Shown here: piece after piece, positions 29,954 to 41,170 of the stretch
Position numbering within the stretch: the stretch's first letter is position 1
How the letters are laid out: each line of letters opens with the position of its first letter
DNA from: Gloeobacterales cyanobacterium
GTDB taxonomy: Bacteria; Cyanobacteriota; Cyanobacteriia; Gloeobacterales; PMM-0068
Reading direction: 5' to 3'
Length of the DNA stretch: 64,000 nt
Assembly (NCBI GenBank): GCA_038245785.1
Contig: JBBRSB010000017.1
Span: forward strand, 28,302 to 92,301
The notes under the pieces: generated by a model
Databases searched by the model: none
What the model saw: the letters and a program-made list of their open reading frames with translations, nothing else
Told to the model about the DNA's origin: nothing
Program-made: the position numbers and the translations under genes

Positions 29954-32251
29954 CTAACTCGCTTCTTCCTGACCGACCAAACTGGGGTCAAATTCTCCAG
30001 CCGGAGCTTTAAATCCGCACTCTTTATTGGAGCACTGGACCATATCTCCCCGTTTCAAGGGCTTGAATACCAGAATCGAGGCACATTCCGGACAGGGTTT
30101 CTGAATCGGTTTACTCCAGAGTACAAAGTTGCAGCTATTCGGGTCTTTCGAACTGTATTCACTGCAGCCATAGAACAAGCCACGACGGCCCTTACGCTCG
30201 ACGATTTGGCCCTTGTGGCATACTGGGCACTCCAGGCCCACCTTCTTGAGGATAGGTTGGTTGTGACCGCATTCAGAGCACTTGAGGTATTCGCCAAAAC
30301 GACCGTATTTGGCAATCATTGGCTCGTGTTGGCACTGACTACAGACTTCGCCGGGAACAGGCCGTTCTTTGGGAGCAGGCTCATTCTGAGGCGTTAGCGG
30401 GTGAGTATGCTTGCATTCCGGATAGCCGGAGCAACCGAGAAAGTTTCCATACTTGCTGGATTTCTGGAGCATCGGCAGACCACATTCCGCGCACAGATAC
30501 TTTGTGACGATTAGAATGCGGTCCATTTCCTCGGTGGCCGTTTCCAGCGTCTTTAGGAAAGGCTCATAGAAACTAGCCAAGAGTTCACCCCAAGGCCGTC
30601 CTCCCTTCTCCACTTCGTCCAACTGGGTTTCCATGTTAGCGGTGAAGTCGGTGTCTACAATATTGGGGAAGTGCTGAACCAATTGACCATTGACGCCCAT
30701 GCCCAGTTCGGTTGGCTGTAGCATCCGTCCTTCTTTCTTGACATAGCCCCGGTCTTGAATCGTGGCAATTGTAGGCGCATAGGTAGATGGGCGACCAATG
30801 CCCAACTCCTCCATCACCTTGACTAATGTAGCTTCGGAGTAGCGGCTCGGAGGCTGGGTAAAGTGCTGCTTAGGAAGCAACTCTTTCAGGTCCACCACTT
30901 CCCCTTCTTCCAAAATAGGCACTTGCTGCTTTTTCTCTTCCTCTTCGGTACTGTCTTCTTCTTTGGCTTCCAGATAGACCCGCTGATAGCCATCAAATTT
31001 GATTTGGGTGCTGGAAAGGCGGAAGAGCGGATCTTTTTTGCCTTTGAGGTTGCCTGCAATCTCAATCGTTTGGATCGCTAGAATTGCTGCGGTCATCTGA
31101 GAACTGACAAAACGCTGCCAGATCAGGCGATAGAGGCGATACTGGTCAGAGCTGAGGAAGGGCTTAAGATCGTCTGGCGTACGGCCGATTTCTGAGGGAC
31201 GAATCGCTTCGTGGGCGTCCTGGCCACCCTTCGCTGCTTTTCCCTGACGACGAGTTTTCGGCAAATATTGCTTGCCGTACTGGGCTTGAATGTATTCAGC
31301 CGCAGTGTCCTGCGCCGATTCTGCCACCCGCGTAGAGTCTGTCCGCATGTAGGTGATCAAACCCACCGGACCTTCGCTGCCCAGCTCAATCCCTTCATAG
31401 AGCTGCTGGGCGGCGATCATCGTCCGCTTCACCGAGAAGTTGAGAACGGTGGAAGCTTCCCGCTGCAGACTGCTGGTGATGAACGGAAACTGCGGTTCTT
31501 GCTTGCGGTCCTTGGTTTTAATCGAGCTAACCTTGTACTCCGTCACACCCTTGAGCGATGCAATCACTTCATCCATTGCCTGCTGGGTCTCAATTTCTGG
31601 CTTCTTGTCATTCAGACGGGCAAACTCTGCTTCAAAAGCACGCTTCTGCTTATCTTTGACAAACTGCGCGGCTAGGGTCCAGTATTCCTTGCTCTGGAAG
31701 TCTTGAATCGCCTGCTCTCGGTCACAAATCAGCCGCACCGAAACCGACTGTACCCGTCCGGCTGAAAGACCCCGTTTAATCTTCTTCCAGAGCAGAGGGC
31801 TGAGCTTGTAACCAACCAAGCGGTCTAAGACTCTGCGGGCCTGCTGGGCATCCACCCGATTCTGGTCTATTTCGCGGGGATTGTTGACGGCATTCTGTAC
31901 CGCCTCTTTTGTAATTTCGTTAAATTGGATCCGCTTCATTTTCTCCGGAGGGAGCTGGAGAATATGAGCCAGATGCCAAGCGATGGCTTCCCCTTCCCGG
32001 TCCGGGTCAGGGGCTAGGAGTACTTGGTCTACGCCTTTAGCAGAGTTCTGTAGTTCCTTGACGACTTCTTCTTTGTCAGGAATGACTACATATTTAGGAA
32101 TGAACCCCTTAGCGATATCCACCCCTATCTCTTTGGTGGGGAGATCGCGAATATGGCCAGCTGAAGCTCTGACCACATAGCCTTTGCCCAAGATCTTGCT
32201 GATGGTCTTGGCTTTAGCGGGGGATTCAACAATGACGAGAGATTTACTCAT
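29954..32251 (-). CDS. topA: Type IA DNA topoisomerase I with C-terminal Zn ribbons
   Basis: LVIVESPAKAK, DPDREGEAI, SAGRVQS, ITYMRTDS, CxxC repeats. Confidence 0.97.
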   Translation of the reverse strand: MSKSLVIVESPAKAKTISKILGKGYVVRASAGHIRDLPTKEIGVDIAKGFIPKYVVIPDKEEVVKELQNSAKGVDQVLLAPDPDREGEAIAWHLAHILQLPPEKMKRIQFNEITKEAVQNAVNNPREIDQNRVDAQQARRVLDRLVGYKLSPLLWKKIKRGLSAGRVQSVSVRLICDREQAIQDFQSKEYWTLAAQFVKDKQKRAFEAEFARLNDKKPEIETQQAMDEVIASLKGVTEYKVSSIKTKDRKQEPQFPFITSSLQREASTVLNFSVKRTMIAAQQLYEGIELGSEGPVGLITYMRTDSTRVAESAQDTAAEYIQAQYGKQYLPKTRRQGKAAKGGQDAHEAIRPSEIGRTPDDLKPFLSSDQYRLYRLIWQRFVSSQMTAAILAIQTIEIAGNLKGKKDPLFRLSSTQIKFDGYQRVYLEAKEEDSTEEEEKKQQVPILEEGEVVDLKELLPKQHFTQPPSRYSEATLVKVMEELGIGRPSTYAPTIATIQDRGYVKKEGRMLQPTELGMGVNGQLVQHFPNIVDTDFTANMETQLDEVEKGGRPWGELLASFYEPFLKTLETATEEMDRILIVTKYLCAECGLPMLQKSSKYGNFLGCSGYPECKHTHPLTPQNEPAPKERPVPGEVCSQCQHEPMIAKYGRFGEYLKCSECGHNQPILKKVGLECPVCHKGQIVERKGRRGLFYGCSEYSSKDPNSCNFVLWSKPIQKPCPECASILVFKPLKRGDMVQCSNKECGFKAPAGEFDPSLVGQEEAS

Positions 32252-32412
32252 CGGGCCTGCTCTTAAATAGGTAATAGAGTCCTTAGTCCATTATTTAGCA
32301 TGCAAATAACCCGCTGTATGACAAGCCCCCTTCCTCGCACCCTTAGGTGCACAGCCACAAGACTCAAGCGCTGAGGAGGTTTGAGCCTGCTAAAAAATCA
32401 TTTATGAATTTA

Positions 32413-33441
32413 TTATTTTGTCTGTAAAAAAGCTTGACGGCGTAGTTGTCCGCAGGCAGCACTTTGTTCTACCCCTCGCGTCTGTCGTACCGAGACAGCG
32501 ACCCCGGCTCGTTCCAACGTAGAACGAAAAATTTCTACCTGTTTGGGCGTCGGACGGTCAAACCGAGCTTCGTCCACAGGATTAAAAGGAATCAGGTTGA
32601 CATGACTTTGGAACCCTTTGACCCTCGTGGCTAGTTCTTCTGCGTGTCTAGCCAAATCGTTGAAGCCCGCCAGGAGAACATATTCAAAACTAATGCGACG
32701 GCCCGTAATTTTCACGTATTCCCGACAATCTGCCAAAAGTTCTCCGTAAGGATAGTTTTTGGCGGTCGGTACAATCTGTTCGCGCAGGGTCTGGTTGGGA
32801 GCGTGGAGGCTGACGGCCAGAGTGACCTGTAGAAGTTCCTGGGCAAATTGCTGAATTTTACCGGGAATGCCTACGGTCGAGACGGTCATCTGTCGCTGAC
32901 CAATGCCGATGTCCTGGTTGAGTACTCTCAGGGATTTCAGGACACGGGGCAAATTATGCATTGGTTCCCCCATGCCCATATAGACGATATGGGAAACGCG
33001 CTGACCCATTTCTTCTTGCACCGTGAGCACCTGGTCCACAATTTCATGGACTTCTAGATGTCGTGCAAAGCCAGAAAATCCAGTGGCGCAAAACGTGCAG
33101 CCCATGGCACAGCCCACCTGAGAAGAGACGCAGACCGTCAGATGGTTTCGGCTGGGAATGCCCACGGTTTCGACCGTTTGACCATCGGCAAGCGTCAGCA
33201 GAAACTTGACGGTGCCATCGGTTGTAGGGGTCTTCAAGGCAATGGTAGAGCGGCCTACCGTCGTTGTATTCTGCTCTCTCCAGCTTTTAGGAAAAACCGT
33301 CACCTCATCCAGAGAACGAATATTGCGGGTATAGAGCCATTGATGGAGTTGTTTGGCACGGTAAGAAGGCTGACCTTGTTCAATAACCCAGCGGGTGAGT
33401 TCTTCTGAAGAAAGGCCTAAAAGAGGAGTGATGCTATTCAT
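32413..33441 (-). CDS. rlmN: 23S rRNA m2A2503 radical-SAM methyltransferase
   Basis: [35 protein letters not shown]. Confidence 0.95.
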   Translation of the reverse strand: MNSITPLLGLSSEELTRWVIEQGQPSYRAKQLHQWLYTRNIRSLDEVTVFPKSWREQNTTTVGRSTIALKTPTTDGTVKFLLTLADGQTVETVGIPSRNHLTVCVSSQVGCAMGCTFCATGFSGFARHLEVHEIVDQVLTVQEEMGQRVSHIVYMGMGEPMHNLPRVLKSLRVLNQDIGIGQRQMTVSTVGIPGKIQQFAQELLQVTLAVSLHAPNQTLREQIVPTAKNYPYGELLADCREYVKITGRRISFEYVLLAGFNDLARHAEELATRVKGFQSHVNLIPFNPVDEARFDRPTPKQVEIFRSTLERAGVAVSVRQTRGVEQSAACGQLRRQAFLQTK

Positions 33442-33559
33442 GAACCCATTCTAGTAAAGATGCACCCTAAATATTTTTTCAGAGGATAATTGGTAGTAAG
33501 TGAAGTGAGCAGTGTGCATTCCAAATTGATATAACCCGTTAGATACAATCATTACCGCC

Positions 33560-33587
33560 GCAGGGGCGCAAGGTCTTGCGCCCTTAC
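33560..33587. repeat. REP-like palindrome
   Basis: GCAGGGGCGCAAGGTCTTGCGCCCTTAC, GTAG-type REP variant. Confidence 0.6.
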
Positions 33588-33668
33588 AAGGCAATCAGAT
33601 CATCTAGCTAAGCCATGGTCAATCAACGCAAAAGACCAAAACAGTTTGTAGCTTTACAGATTCAAAAA

Positions 33669-33682
33669 AGTACAATAGTTCC
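33669..33682 (+). promoter_or_regulatory. Cyanobacterial LexA-box candidate
   Basis: AGTACAATAGTTCC fits RGTACNNNDGTWCB and overlaps a TACAAT -10 hexamer. Confidence 0.4.
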
Positions 33683-33719
33683 AGTCAAAGAAGTTGCTCC
33701 CTCAGGAGGATGAGCAGTC

Positions 33720-35267
33720 ATGGAAATTTTTGATTATGTGATTTTGGGCGCAGGATTAGGGGGACTTTCAGCCGCCGCTTGTCTTACTAAACAGGGATAC
33801 CGAGTAGCAGTGCTCGAGCAGCATTACTTAGCCGGTGGCGCTTGCCACAGTTTTGACTATGGCGATTACACTTTCTGCGCTGATGTTCACTACATTTCAC
33901 AATGTGGCCCTGGCCAAACTATTCACCAATTTTTAGACTACATCGGAGCAGAAATTCCCTTTAATGCCTTGGGCTCTGATTGCATTGATCGCGTGATTAC
34001 GCCGGATCTGGATTTCAGAATTCCTTTAGGATGGGAAAATCTCCGGGCTCGCTTGCTTTTGACATTCCCTGAGGAAACAGGTCCGATCAATCGGTACTGC
34101 GATGAAATCAAGCACCTTCATCAAGAGATGCGTACTATCCTGTCTGAAGTGACTTGGTATAAACAGAAATGGTCTGATTGGCTGAAATTACCTAAATATT
34201 GGCATCTCTACTTTAGAAGAAACTGGACCTTGCAAGATCTCTATGACTATGTTGGTCTATCTCCGAAGCTCCAAGATTTACTAGCAGGCCAGAGCGGTGA
34301 CTATGCCTTACCTCCTGACCAAATCGCTCTATTTACCCATGTTTCTTTAGTGAGCGATTATGCGGAGGGTGCGTACTATCCCAAGCACCACTTCAAGTCC
34401 TTTGTCGATATTATTGTTGAATCGATTAGAGCTGGTGGTAGCGTGATTGAATACAGCACTCCGGTCCAGCGGATTCAAGTGGTCAATCATCAAATTTCGT
34501 ACGTTATGGCTGGTGATAAATCCTATCAAGCGACGAGGGCTTACATTAGTGATTTAGACCCTAAAAAAACGGTTCAATTGATGGAAGAAAAAGCTTTAAG
34601 TAAAGATGAACGGCATCGACTGACGGACTATGAATATTCTGCCAGTGCTTTCAATATTTATCTAGGCTTAGACCACACGTTTGAACCGGAAAAGTATGGC
34701 ATTGGCAACTGGAATGTCTGGTATTATCCGACGGGCAATCTCAATGCCTCCTATCAACGTCAATTTGAAGGCGACCTCCACCATCCCTGGATTTTCCTAT
34801 CTTGCCCAACGATGAAATCCCATGAACCCGGCATGGCTCCTGATGGGAATCACGTTCTAGAGATTGCTACGGTTTGCCCTTATGAAGCTTTTAAAGATCT
34901 ACATGAAAGCGACCCCACGGCCTACAAAGCTAAAAAACGAGAAGTCTATCAAGAAGTGATGCACAGCGTGCAAGACCTTATCCCCGATATCAATAGCTAC
35001 ACGCGGATGAAGATCTACGGCACCCCCACCACCAGCGAGTACTATCTAGGCCAACCCCAGGGCAATATTTACGGAGCTAAACTGATTCCCAAACAAGTAG
35101 GTCTTAACCGTTTGGGCTACCGCACCGAGATCCTAAATCTTTTCCTGGTAGGAGCTTCTGCAGGTTATCCGAGCGTGCCTGGGGTGATTGGCAATGGAAT
35201 GGATGTGGCTGAATTGGTTACAGGTCAATCTTTCCGCAAGCCTTCTCGTGTTGCTGAGTTGGTCTAG
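33720..35267 (+). CDS. Phytoene desaturase-family FAD oxidoreductase (CrtISO/retinol-saturase-like)
   Basis: GAGLGGL..A...G..V.VLEQH...GG Rossmann motif, GTPTT, GNIYG. Confidence 0.8.
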   Translation: MEIFDYVILGAGLGGLSAAACLTKQGYRVAVLEQHYLAGGACHSFDYGDYTFCADVHYISQCGPGQTIHQFLDYIGAEIPFNALGSDCIDRVITPDLDFRIPLGWENLRARLLLTFPEETGPINRYCDEIKHLHQEMRTILSEVTWYKQKWSDWLKLPKYWHLYFRRNWTLQDLYDYVGLSPKLQDLLAGQSGDYALPPDQIALFTHVSLVSDYAEGAYYPKHHFKSFVDIIVESIRAGGSVIEYSTPVQRIQVVNHQISYVMAGDKSYQATRAYISDLDPKKTVQLMEEKALSKDERHRLTDYEYSASAFNIYLGLDHTFEPEKYGIGNWNVWYYPTGNLNASYQRQFEGDLHHPWIFLSCPTMKSHEPGMAPDGNHVLEIATVCPYEAFKDLHESDPTAYKAKKREVYQEVMHSVQDLIPDINSYTRMKIYGTPTTSEYYLGQPQGNIYGAKLIPKQVGLNRLGYRTEILNLFLVGASAGYPSVPGVIGNGMDVAELVTGQSFRKPSRVAELV

Positions 35268-35381
35268 GCTGAAAGACAGCAAGCTATGAGGAGCACCTTG
35301 GATAGAAAAATCTGCGCCTCGCTATTCGGTGAAGAGTAGCCCAAGCTCCTTCTTTGTTAAATCTTTAAACCTTTGGGACGG

Positions 35382-37121
35382 TTACTTAAGAAGTTTGATT
35401 TCCTGCGAGGAGCCTGTCTGTAAAGGCAGCTTGATAGTCGAAGACTGATAATGAGCTAATCCGCCTGGATTCTCAGACTGAACCTTATCGATCACACACA
35501 GCCGACCTTTAGCATCATCTTTTAGCCATCCCTGAAGTTCAGGAGCTGTCATCGGACGATACCGACTTTTTTCGTTTGTCTTACCTTCTTTTCCTGGATA
35601 GTTGGGAGGGGATCCCCCTGAATAGCCGTTTACTACGGGTACACCTGCTCGTAGACCTGCCCACATAGCAGAAACCTCATCAGGATAACCAGCCCAATAA
35701 GGTTCGTCTTTGTTGACCGCTGGTAAGACGTAGGCTAAGTCACATCCTTTCCCCATCAGTCCTTGTAGCTCAGTTTCTACGTTTAAAAATGAACCCTTCT
35801 CATAGCTAACAGGGTTAATCAAGATCTGTTCTGAGAGCGCAAGAACACAGACTAAACTTGATAATAGAAGCCGCCATTTTGAATTAGATATCTTTGCTTT
35901 CAAAAAAGAATCAAGACTCAACAGAACGGCAATTAACAAGAAGAAATATAGAACTAAGGAAATCCTCGCAACAGATCTGATTGCTTTCCCCCCTGGGACG
36001 AACCAGTACACTAGCTTCCAAAGGCCAAGTCCACTGAGAAAGACGACAAAAATCACCAACGAGACAAATAGACAAGCTTTAACTACATCAGCTCTTTCTT
36101 TTCCTAAAATATCATTTTTTTTAAAAACTATATAGACTGACAAAACTGTTAGAGCCAGCACAGTAAATCCCATGAATAAACGGTGCTCATAGGACATGAG
36201 CAAATTTTTAGAGAGCGGCTCTAATAGAGGGGACCAAAGACTATTGGGGGGGGGTAATAGCCAGGAAGACCATCGGGGTACCATTGTTGAGACTTCATAT
36301 GTAGAATAACCGCCGCTAAGCAAACGACTCGTCTCTACGTAGGGTAAAAGTAGCGCAATGATCGAAGCGAACCAAACCAAAAATACTACTACTGTAGTTT
36401 TTTTGTTTTTAGTAAAATAGTCTTTGAGACCTACCCTGACAGCCTGGTCACGATATAGAGAAACTGCCAAAAGAATGGGTAAACTCACCAGTAAAAACCA
36501 GCCTAAATAAATACCCGCAAGCAGTTGGAGATAGATAAAGATCAATGCTAGGATAAGCCGACTATTATTTGGCTTATGGATGAATTGCCAAACGAACAAA
36601 AAGGCAAACGGCATATAAAACTGAGGAAGCAACTGTGGACGGGCTAGCTGCACCATTCTAGGCATCCCGAATGCAAATAGGAAGCCACCTGTGGCCGATA
36701 GGATAGGACTCACCTTAAAGTGTCGCAATACATACACAAAACTAGCGAAACAAAGTAGAGTTATGCCGATCATCCAAAGCTGTAAAGATACATCAACGGG
36801 TGAAAATCCTCTGAACAACCAATACAAAGGAGCAGAACCCCACAAATTGTCGGATAAAGTAAGTGCTTTCTTAAATGGATAGAAAAAGTTGGGCGACCAA
36901 AGACTGCCCGTATAATCTCGGTTAAAAGCTAATTGAAATGAATGCTCTAGAAAATAGTTGTTGAGCCGAGTATCTGTAGGATCCGATTGCATCTTAGAAA
37001 ACCCACTTGTAATAGTGGGATAAAATGCCATAAAAACACCCAGAAGACTAATAAATGAATAGAATAAAAAAGAGATGAAAAGATTGAATATCGTTATATT
37101 ATTTCTATTTGCTTTAGTCAT
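35382..37121 (-). CDS. Polytopic membrane protein, putative GT-C (YfhO-like) glycosyltransferase
   Basis: Many TM helices, DPTD early loop, FFYP, VVNGYSG motif; clustered with GT2 and flippase-like genes. Confidence 0.6.
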   Translation of the reverse strand: MTKANRNNITIFNLFISFLFYSFISLLGVFMAFYPTITSGFSKMQSDPTDTRLNNYFLEHSFQLAFNRDYTGSLWSPNFFYPFKKALTLSDNLWGSAPLYWLFRGFSPVDVSLQLWMIGITLLCFASFVYVLRHFKVSPILSATGGFLFAFGMPRMVQLARPQLLPQFYMPFAFLFVWQFIHKPNNSRLILALIFIYLQLLAGIYLGWFLLVSLPILLAVSLYRDQAVRVGLKDYFTKNKKTTVVVFLVWFASIIALLLPYVETSRLLSGGYSTYEVSTMVPRWSSWLLPPPNSLWSPLLEPLSKNLLMSYEHRLFMGFTVLALTVLSVYIVFKKNDILGKERADVVKACLFVSLVIFVVFLSGLGLWKLVYWFVPGGKAIRSVARISLVLYFFLLIAVLLSLDSFLKAKISNSKWRLLLSSLVCVLALSEQILINPVSYEKGSFLNVETELQGLMGKGCDLAYVLPAVNKDEPYWAGYPDEVSAMWAGLRAGVPVVNGYSGGSPPNYPGKEGKTNEKSRYRPMTAPELQGWLKDDAKGRLCVIDKVQSENPGGLAHYQSSTIKLPLQTGSSQEIKLLK

Positions 37122-37182
37122 CGGCTTCTCCAGAAGGGGTAATAAAGTCAGTAGATTAAGTTACATGCTTTGATAACCGTCT

Positions 37183-38133
37183 TCATCCTTCTTTACTTGT
37201 TCTCGCAAGATTAAGAAACAAATACAGCCCCATGCCTAGTATGGTCACGCTCCCCAACAAGAAAATCTGAATAGCTGTTGCCGCTGCAACACCTCGTGCC
37301 GACTCATAACCAAAGAGCTGTACGGTAAAAGCAAAGGCATACTGGTACGTCCCTACGAAGCCTGGGGCAGAGGGGATTAGGGTGCTCAAGCTGGCTACTC
37401 CAATCACCGTCAATATCTCCTTCCACCCCAAAGATATATCGACAGCTTTTAATACTGACCAAAACATCATTCCTTCTAAGAACCAAACAATTAAGGAAAG
37501 ACTTAAAACTCTTCCAAAACCTGCTCCGCGCATTACACTCAGGCCTTGGCGAAAATTCAGCATTCGTTTAGTTATGGCTGGAGGCAAGCGTTTAACCCAT
37601 TCCAGCCCAGCCTTTCTACTCAAAAGCCAAAGGGCTACAAAAATTCCGCCAAAAACCAGTGCAGCGATTGCCGTCAGGCTACTCAGAACTGCTTGTTCAG
37701 GTACGAACAGCCTGCCAAGTCCTAGGCAGAGTACTACAATCAATCCATCCAAAACGCGTTCTACAAAAATAGACCCAACGACTGCAGAGCGAGAGAGGTA
37801 ATACCGACGTCCTGCAAAATCTGCGCGGAACAACTCACCTAAACGAGCAGGCAAGATATTGTTCGCTGCATATCCGACTAGGAGCGCTACTCCTACCGAT
37901 TTGAAAGAGAGCATTTTGACATCGCTAAGCAAGACTCGCCAGCGTGACACTCTCACTAAAAGATCGGCAGCGTAAAAGCTTAGTGCAACAAGTAGCCATC
38001 CCTGATTAGATTTGGAAAGTATTATGCTTACTTGTTCCCAACTGGTTTGCCGCAGGACCAACCATAAAAAAAACACTCCAATAGAAATGCCTAATATTCC
38101 ACGTGCAAAAGTACCCCAACGACCAACTGGCAT
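37183..38133 (-). CDS. Lysylphosphatidylglycerol-synthase TM / flippase-like protein (UPF0104)
   Basis: RWRVLL, NNILPARLGE, ERVLDG, PSAPGFVG. Confidence 0.85.
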   Translation of the reverse strand: MPVGRWGTFARGILGISIGVFFLWLVLRQTSWEQVSIILSKSNQGWLLVALSFYAADLLVRVSRWRVLLSDVKMLSFKSVGVALLVGYAANNILPARLGELFRADFAGRRYYLSRSAVVGSIFVERVLDGLIVVLCLGLGRLFVPEQAVLSSLTAIAALVFGGIFVALWLLSRKAGLEWVKRLPPAITKRMLNFRQGLSVMRGAGFGRVLSLSLIVWFLEGMMFWSVLKAVDISLGWKEILTVIGVASLSTLIPSAPGFVGTYQYAFAFTVQLFGYESARGVAAATAIQIFLLGSVTILGMGLYLFLNLARTSKEG

Positions 38134-38406
38134 GAATAGAATGTGTCCCCATTACTTGCGTTTTCAGAAGGCTACAGAAGAAGCTGGGCCAACTCAAATC
38201 TGAAGTGCATAGCCTAGCATATCGTTGTTAATTAGTGTAATGTAATCAGGCTAAACACATCTTGTTTCTAGAATACTTGCTAGGCAAGGTTTCCAGAGTT
38301 TAGATGCATTGACTCTTGACTCACTAGCAGACAAGCCAGACTTACTTTGAGAAGAACATCAAAATTAGTTTGCAGGCTCGATTTGTTATCACAATGCGGT
38401 TTTTTC

Positions 38407-39108
38407 TTATTTGTAATTTGGTGAAAATAAATTGTATTTTAAAATACAATAAATAGCTTGGAATCCATCTTTCCAGCCTATTTTTTTCCCTTCCTTATAG
38501 GTGCGTCCATAATAAGAAATTCCAACTTCATAAATACGACATCCTGTTTTAGCTACTTTTGCGGTAATTTCGGGTTCAAAGCCAAAACGATTCTCCTGGA
38601 TTTTGATTGATTGAATGATCTCTTTTCGAAAGGCTTTATAGCAGGTTTCCATATCAGTAAGGTTTATGTTAGTAAGCATATTGGATAAGGTCGTTAAAAA
38701 TCTGTTGCCCAACATATGCCAATAATAAACTACTCTATGAGGCCTACTTCCTTGAAATCGAGAACCGAAAACTACATCCGCTTTGTTTTTCAGGATAGGT
38801 TCTATCATTAGCGCATATTCTTGAGGATCGTATTCCAAATCAGCATCTTGGACAATAACTATATCTCCACTTGCTGCGGAGAATCCAGTTCGTAATGCAG
38901 CACCCTTTCCTTGATTGACACTATGATAAATAATCTTATCAACTTGCAACTCCATAGTTGATTTTAGAAGATCTCTAGTTCCATCAGTTGAACAATCATC
39001 CACAATGATAATTTCACAATTCTCGATAGGAGATGCTTTAATAGCTTCAACAACTTGAGCAATTGTTCCAAGTTCGTTAAAGCAAGGAATAACAACAGAT
39101 AATTTCAT
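38407..39108 (-). CDS. GT2 polyprenol-phosphate glycosyltransferase (DPM1-like)
   Basis: [42 protein letters not shown]. Confidence 0.93.
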   Translation of the reverse strand: MKLSVVIPCFNELGTIAQVVEAIKASPIENCEIIIVDDCSTDGTRDLLKSTMELQVDKIIYHSVNQGKGAALRTGFSAASGDIVIVQDADLEYDPQEYALMIEPILKNKADVVFGSRFQGSRPHRVVYYWHMLGNRFLTTLSNMLTNINLTDMETCYKAFRKEIIQSIKIQENRFGFEPEITAKVAKTGCRIYEVGISYYGRTYKEGKKIGWKDGFQAIYCILKYNLFSPNYK

Positions 39109-39741
39109 TATTTTTGGCCCTTAATTATAATGTAGAATTATTCATCTCAAACTGGCATTGCAGCCATTCTAGTTAATAGATCATATAGGTGAATCGCCAA
39201 CATGATTACCCTTTCAAGGACGGTAAAGTGTTCCACTGAGGTGGGAAACTCTAGTAGCCTCGATCCCCACTTGAGGTAAGCTAAGCCAAACTATACCCTG
39301 TCAAAAAAGTGAATACAAGATGCTGATTACCGACGGCCATTCTAAACCATGTTTGCGATTCCCACATACTTTGGCCTCAAGATATGAGGTTGCAGGAGAG
39401 CAGCTGAGATCCAAAAACCGTCGAAACTACTCTGCATAGACCAAGTCATTATTCGGAGATACAGGTTCATTTTATTGAACTTGGCTAAGGTTAGCGCTCT
39501 TTAATATTGAAGGATACAGTATTTTTACAGAGTAAGCGCACCTTGTTATAAGAGTGGCACCTGCAACATGACTGGCCAAGGCCAAACGTTTCACGACCCA
39601 TTCTGGCTTGCTCTCGGTTGCTGTAATTGCCATGCGCAGGGTTTTTATGACCAAGCCCTTTTTCTTCCTATCTAAAATGACTGCGTCACGTAAGCTAGGA
39701 GGGGCTAACTCCAAGATGTGCATACACAGCCAAGTTTTTCT

Positions 39742-40455
39742 CTAACTAAAAACGCGCTCAAAATACATAGTCTGTTCTTCGGTATCCAGTACGGCACAGA
39801 CCGAAGGTAAGCGGTCAAAGAGCAACTGCGAGGTATTGCCGCAGGAGATGACGTATTTATTTTGGCTCCAGTCCATTTGCTGTGTCCAACTACGTTCCGC
39901 CTGCTGCCAAGGATCAATCATTTCTAATCCCTCTGGCGTTTGGATATGAATCCGGGTGCAGTGGACATGGCCTGAAAGAGTCAAAGGGGTGGGTGCAAGG
40001 GCTAAGGTGCGCTGCACATTCGTTGCGTTGTGGAGGAGCGTATAGCGGTCTTCATAGCAAGCATGGACCGCCGTTACTTCTGGATGAGGCATGAGTTGCT
40101 CCGGTAGATTATCTAAAAATTCTTGGTGCTCAGGCGTAAGGCATTGTTGCGTTAGACGAGTATGCAACTCTGATTTAGGATTGAAAAAAACAATCTTGTC
40201 ATCCTTCCCATAGTTGACCGCTCCGTGGTCATGATTACCGCCTACGGTAGGGATAGCCCACTGCTGGATTGTCTGGACAACTTCATTGGGCCGCTGACCA
40301 TGAACAACGAGATCGCCAAGGCACAGCAACCGATCCACGCTCAATTTTTCTAAGCGCTTCAAGACCTGCACCAAAGATGCGAAGTCGCCATGTACGTCCG
40401 TAAAGATCCCTAGTTTCACAGCTCTAGTGTGCCCTACCTTTCTTCCGCTCGCCAT
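39742..40455 (-). CDS. Metallophosphoesterase family protein
   Basis: DVHG, LGDLV, GNHD, GHVH. Confidence 0.9.
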   Translation of the reverse strand: MASGRKVGHTRAVKLGIFTDVHGDFASLVQVLKRLEKLSVDRLLCLGDLVVHGQRPNEVVQTIQQWAIPTVGGNHDHGAVNYGKDDKIVFFNPKSELHTRLTQQCLTPEHQEFLDNLPEQLMPHPEVTAVHACYEDRYTLLHNATNVQRTLALAPTPLTLSGHVHCTRIHIQTPEGLEMIDPWQQAERSWTQQMDWSQNKYVISCGNTSQLLFDRLPSVCAVLDTEEQTMYFERVFS

Positions 40456-40471
40456 AGCTAAAGGAGAAAAG

Positions 40472-41161
40472 TTATTTAGGCAGGCGATCCAAATCCCGGT
40501 TCGCCCCGATCAAAACGATCAGATCTCCGGCTCGCATAATATCTTTAGGCCCTGGGTTGATATTAAATTTGTCTTCATGCCGGATAGCCAATACATTTAC
40601 TCCGTAGCGATTTCGTAGCTCCAATTCTTGCAGCGGTATGTCTGTAAACTTTTCCGGTGCGATCACTTCTACAATGCTGTGTTCATTATCTAGCTGCAGA
40701 GATTCCAGGATGCCATTGGAAGTTAGAGAAAGAGCGACATTTCTGCCCATATCGCTCTCAGGATAGACCACTCGGTCTGCTCCTACTTTTTGGAGGACTA
40801 TCCCTTGAATAGGGCTAATCGCTTTAGCGACCACATGGGCGACGCCTAAAGATTTGGCATTGAGCGTCGTGAGAATACTTTGTTCCAAAGCGCTCCCGAT
40901 GGCCACAACGACAACGCCAAACTCACAAATTCCCGTCTGGCGTAAAGCTTCTGGATCGGTGGCATCCACCTGAAGCACCTGAGTCGCGAGGTCTTCTCCT
41001 GCCGCTTGACGAACCCGCTCCTCGTCCTTGTCCAAACCGAGTACGTCATACCCCAGTTGATGGAGGGTGCGCGCTACCGCCGTACCAAAACGCCCCAACC
41101 CAATCACTACAAACTGATGTCGCTGATCCGTTTTAAACCAATTTTTAAAGGAAAGTTCCAT
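40472..41161 (-). CDS. ktrA: Ktr/Trk potassium uptake regulatory subunit
   Basis: VIGLGRFG, GADRVVYPE, TrkA-C domain. Confidence 0.9.
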   Translation of the reverse strand: MELSFKNWFKTDQRHQFVVIGLGRFGTAVARTLHQLGYDVLGLDKDEERVRQAAGEDLATQVLQVDATDPEALRQTGICEFGVVVVAIGSALEQSILTTLNAKSLGVAHVVAKAISPIQGIVLQKVGADRVVYPESDMGRNVALSLTSNGILESLQLDNEHSIVEVIAPEKFTDIPLQELELRNRYGVNVLAIRHEDKFNINPGPKDIMRAGDLIVLIGANRDLDRLPK

Positions 41162-41170
41162 GCTTATTTT

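Noticed and set aside
39472..39723. 83-aa - strand ORF
   Set aside because: No RBS or motif recognised; lies in a degenerate spacer at the island edge
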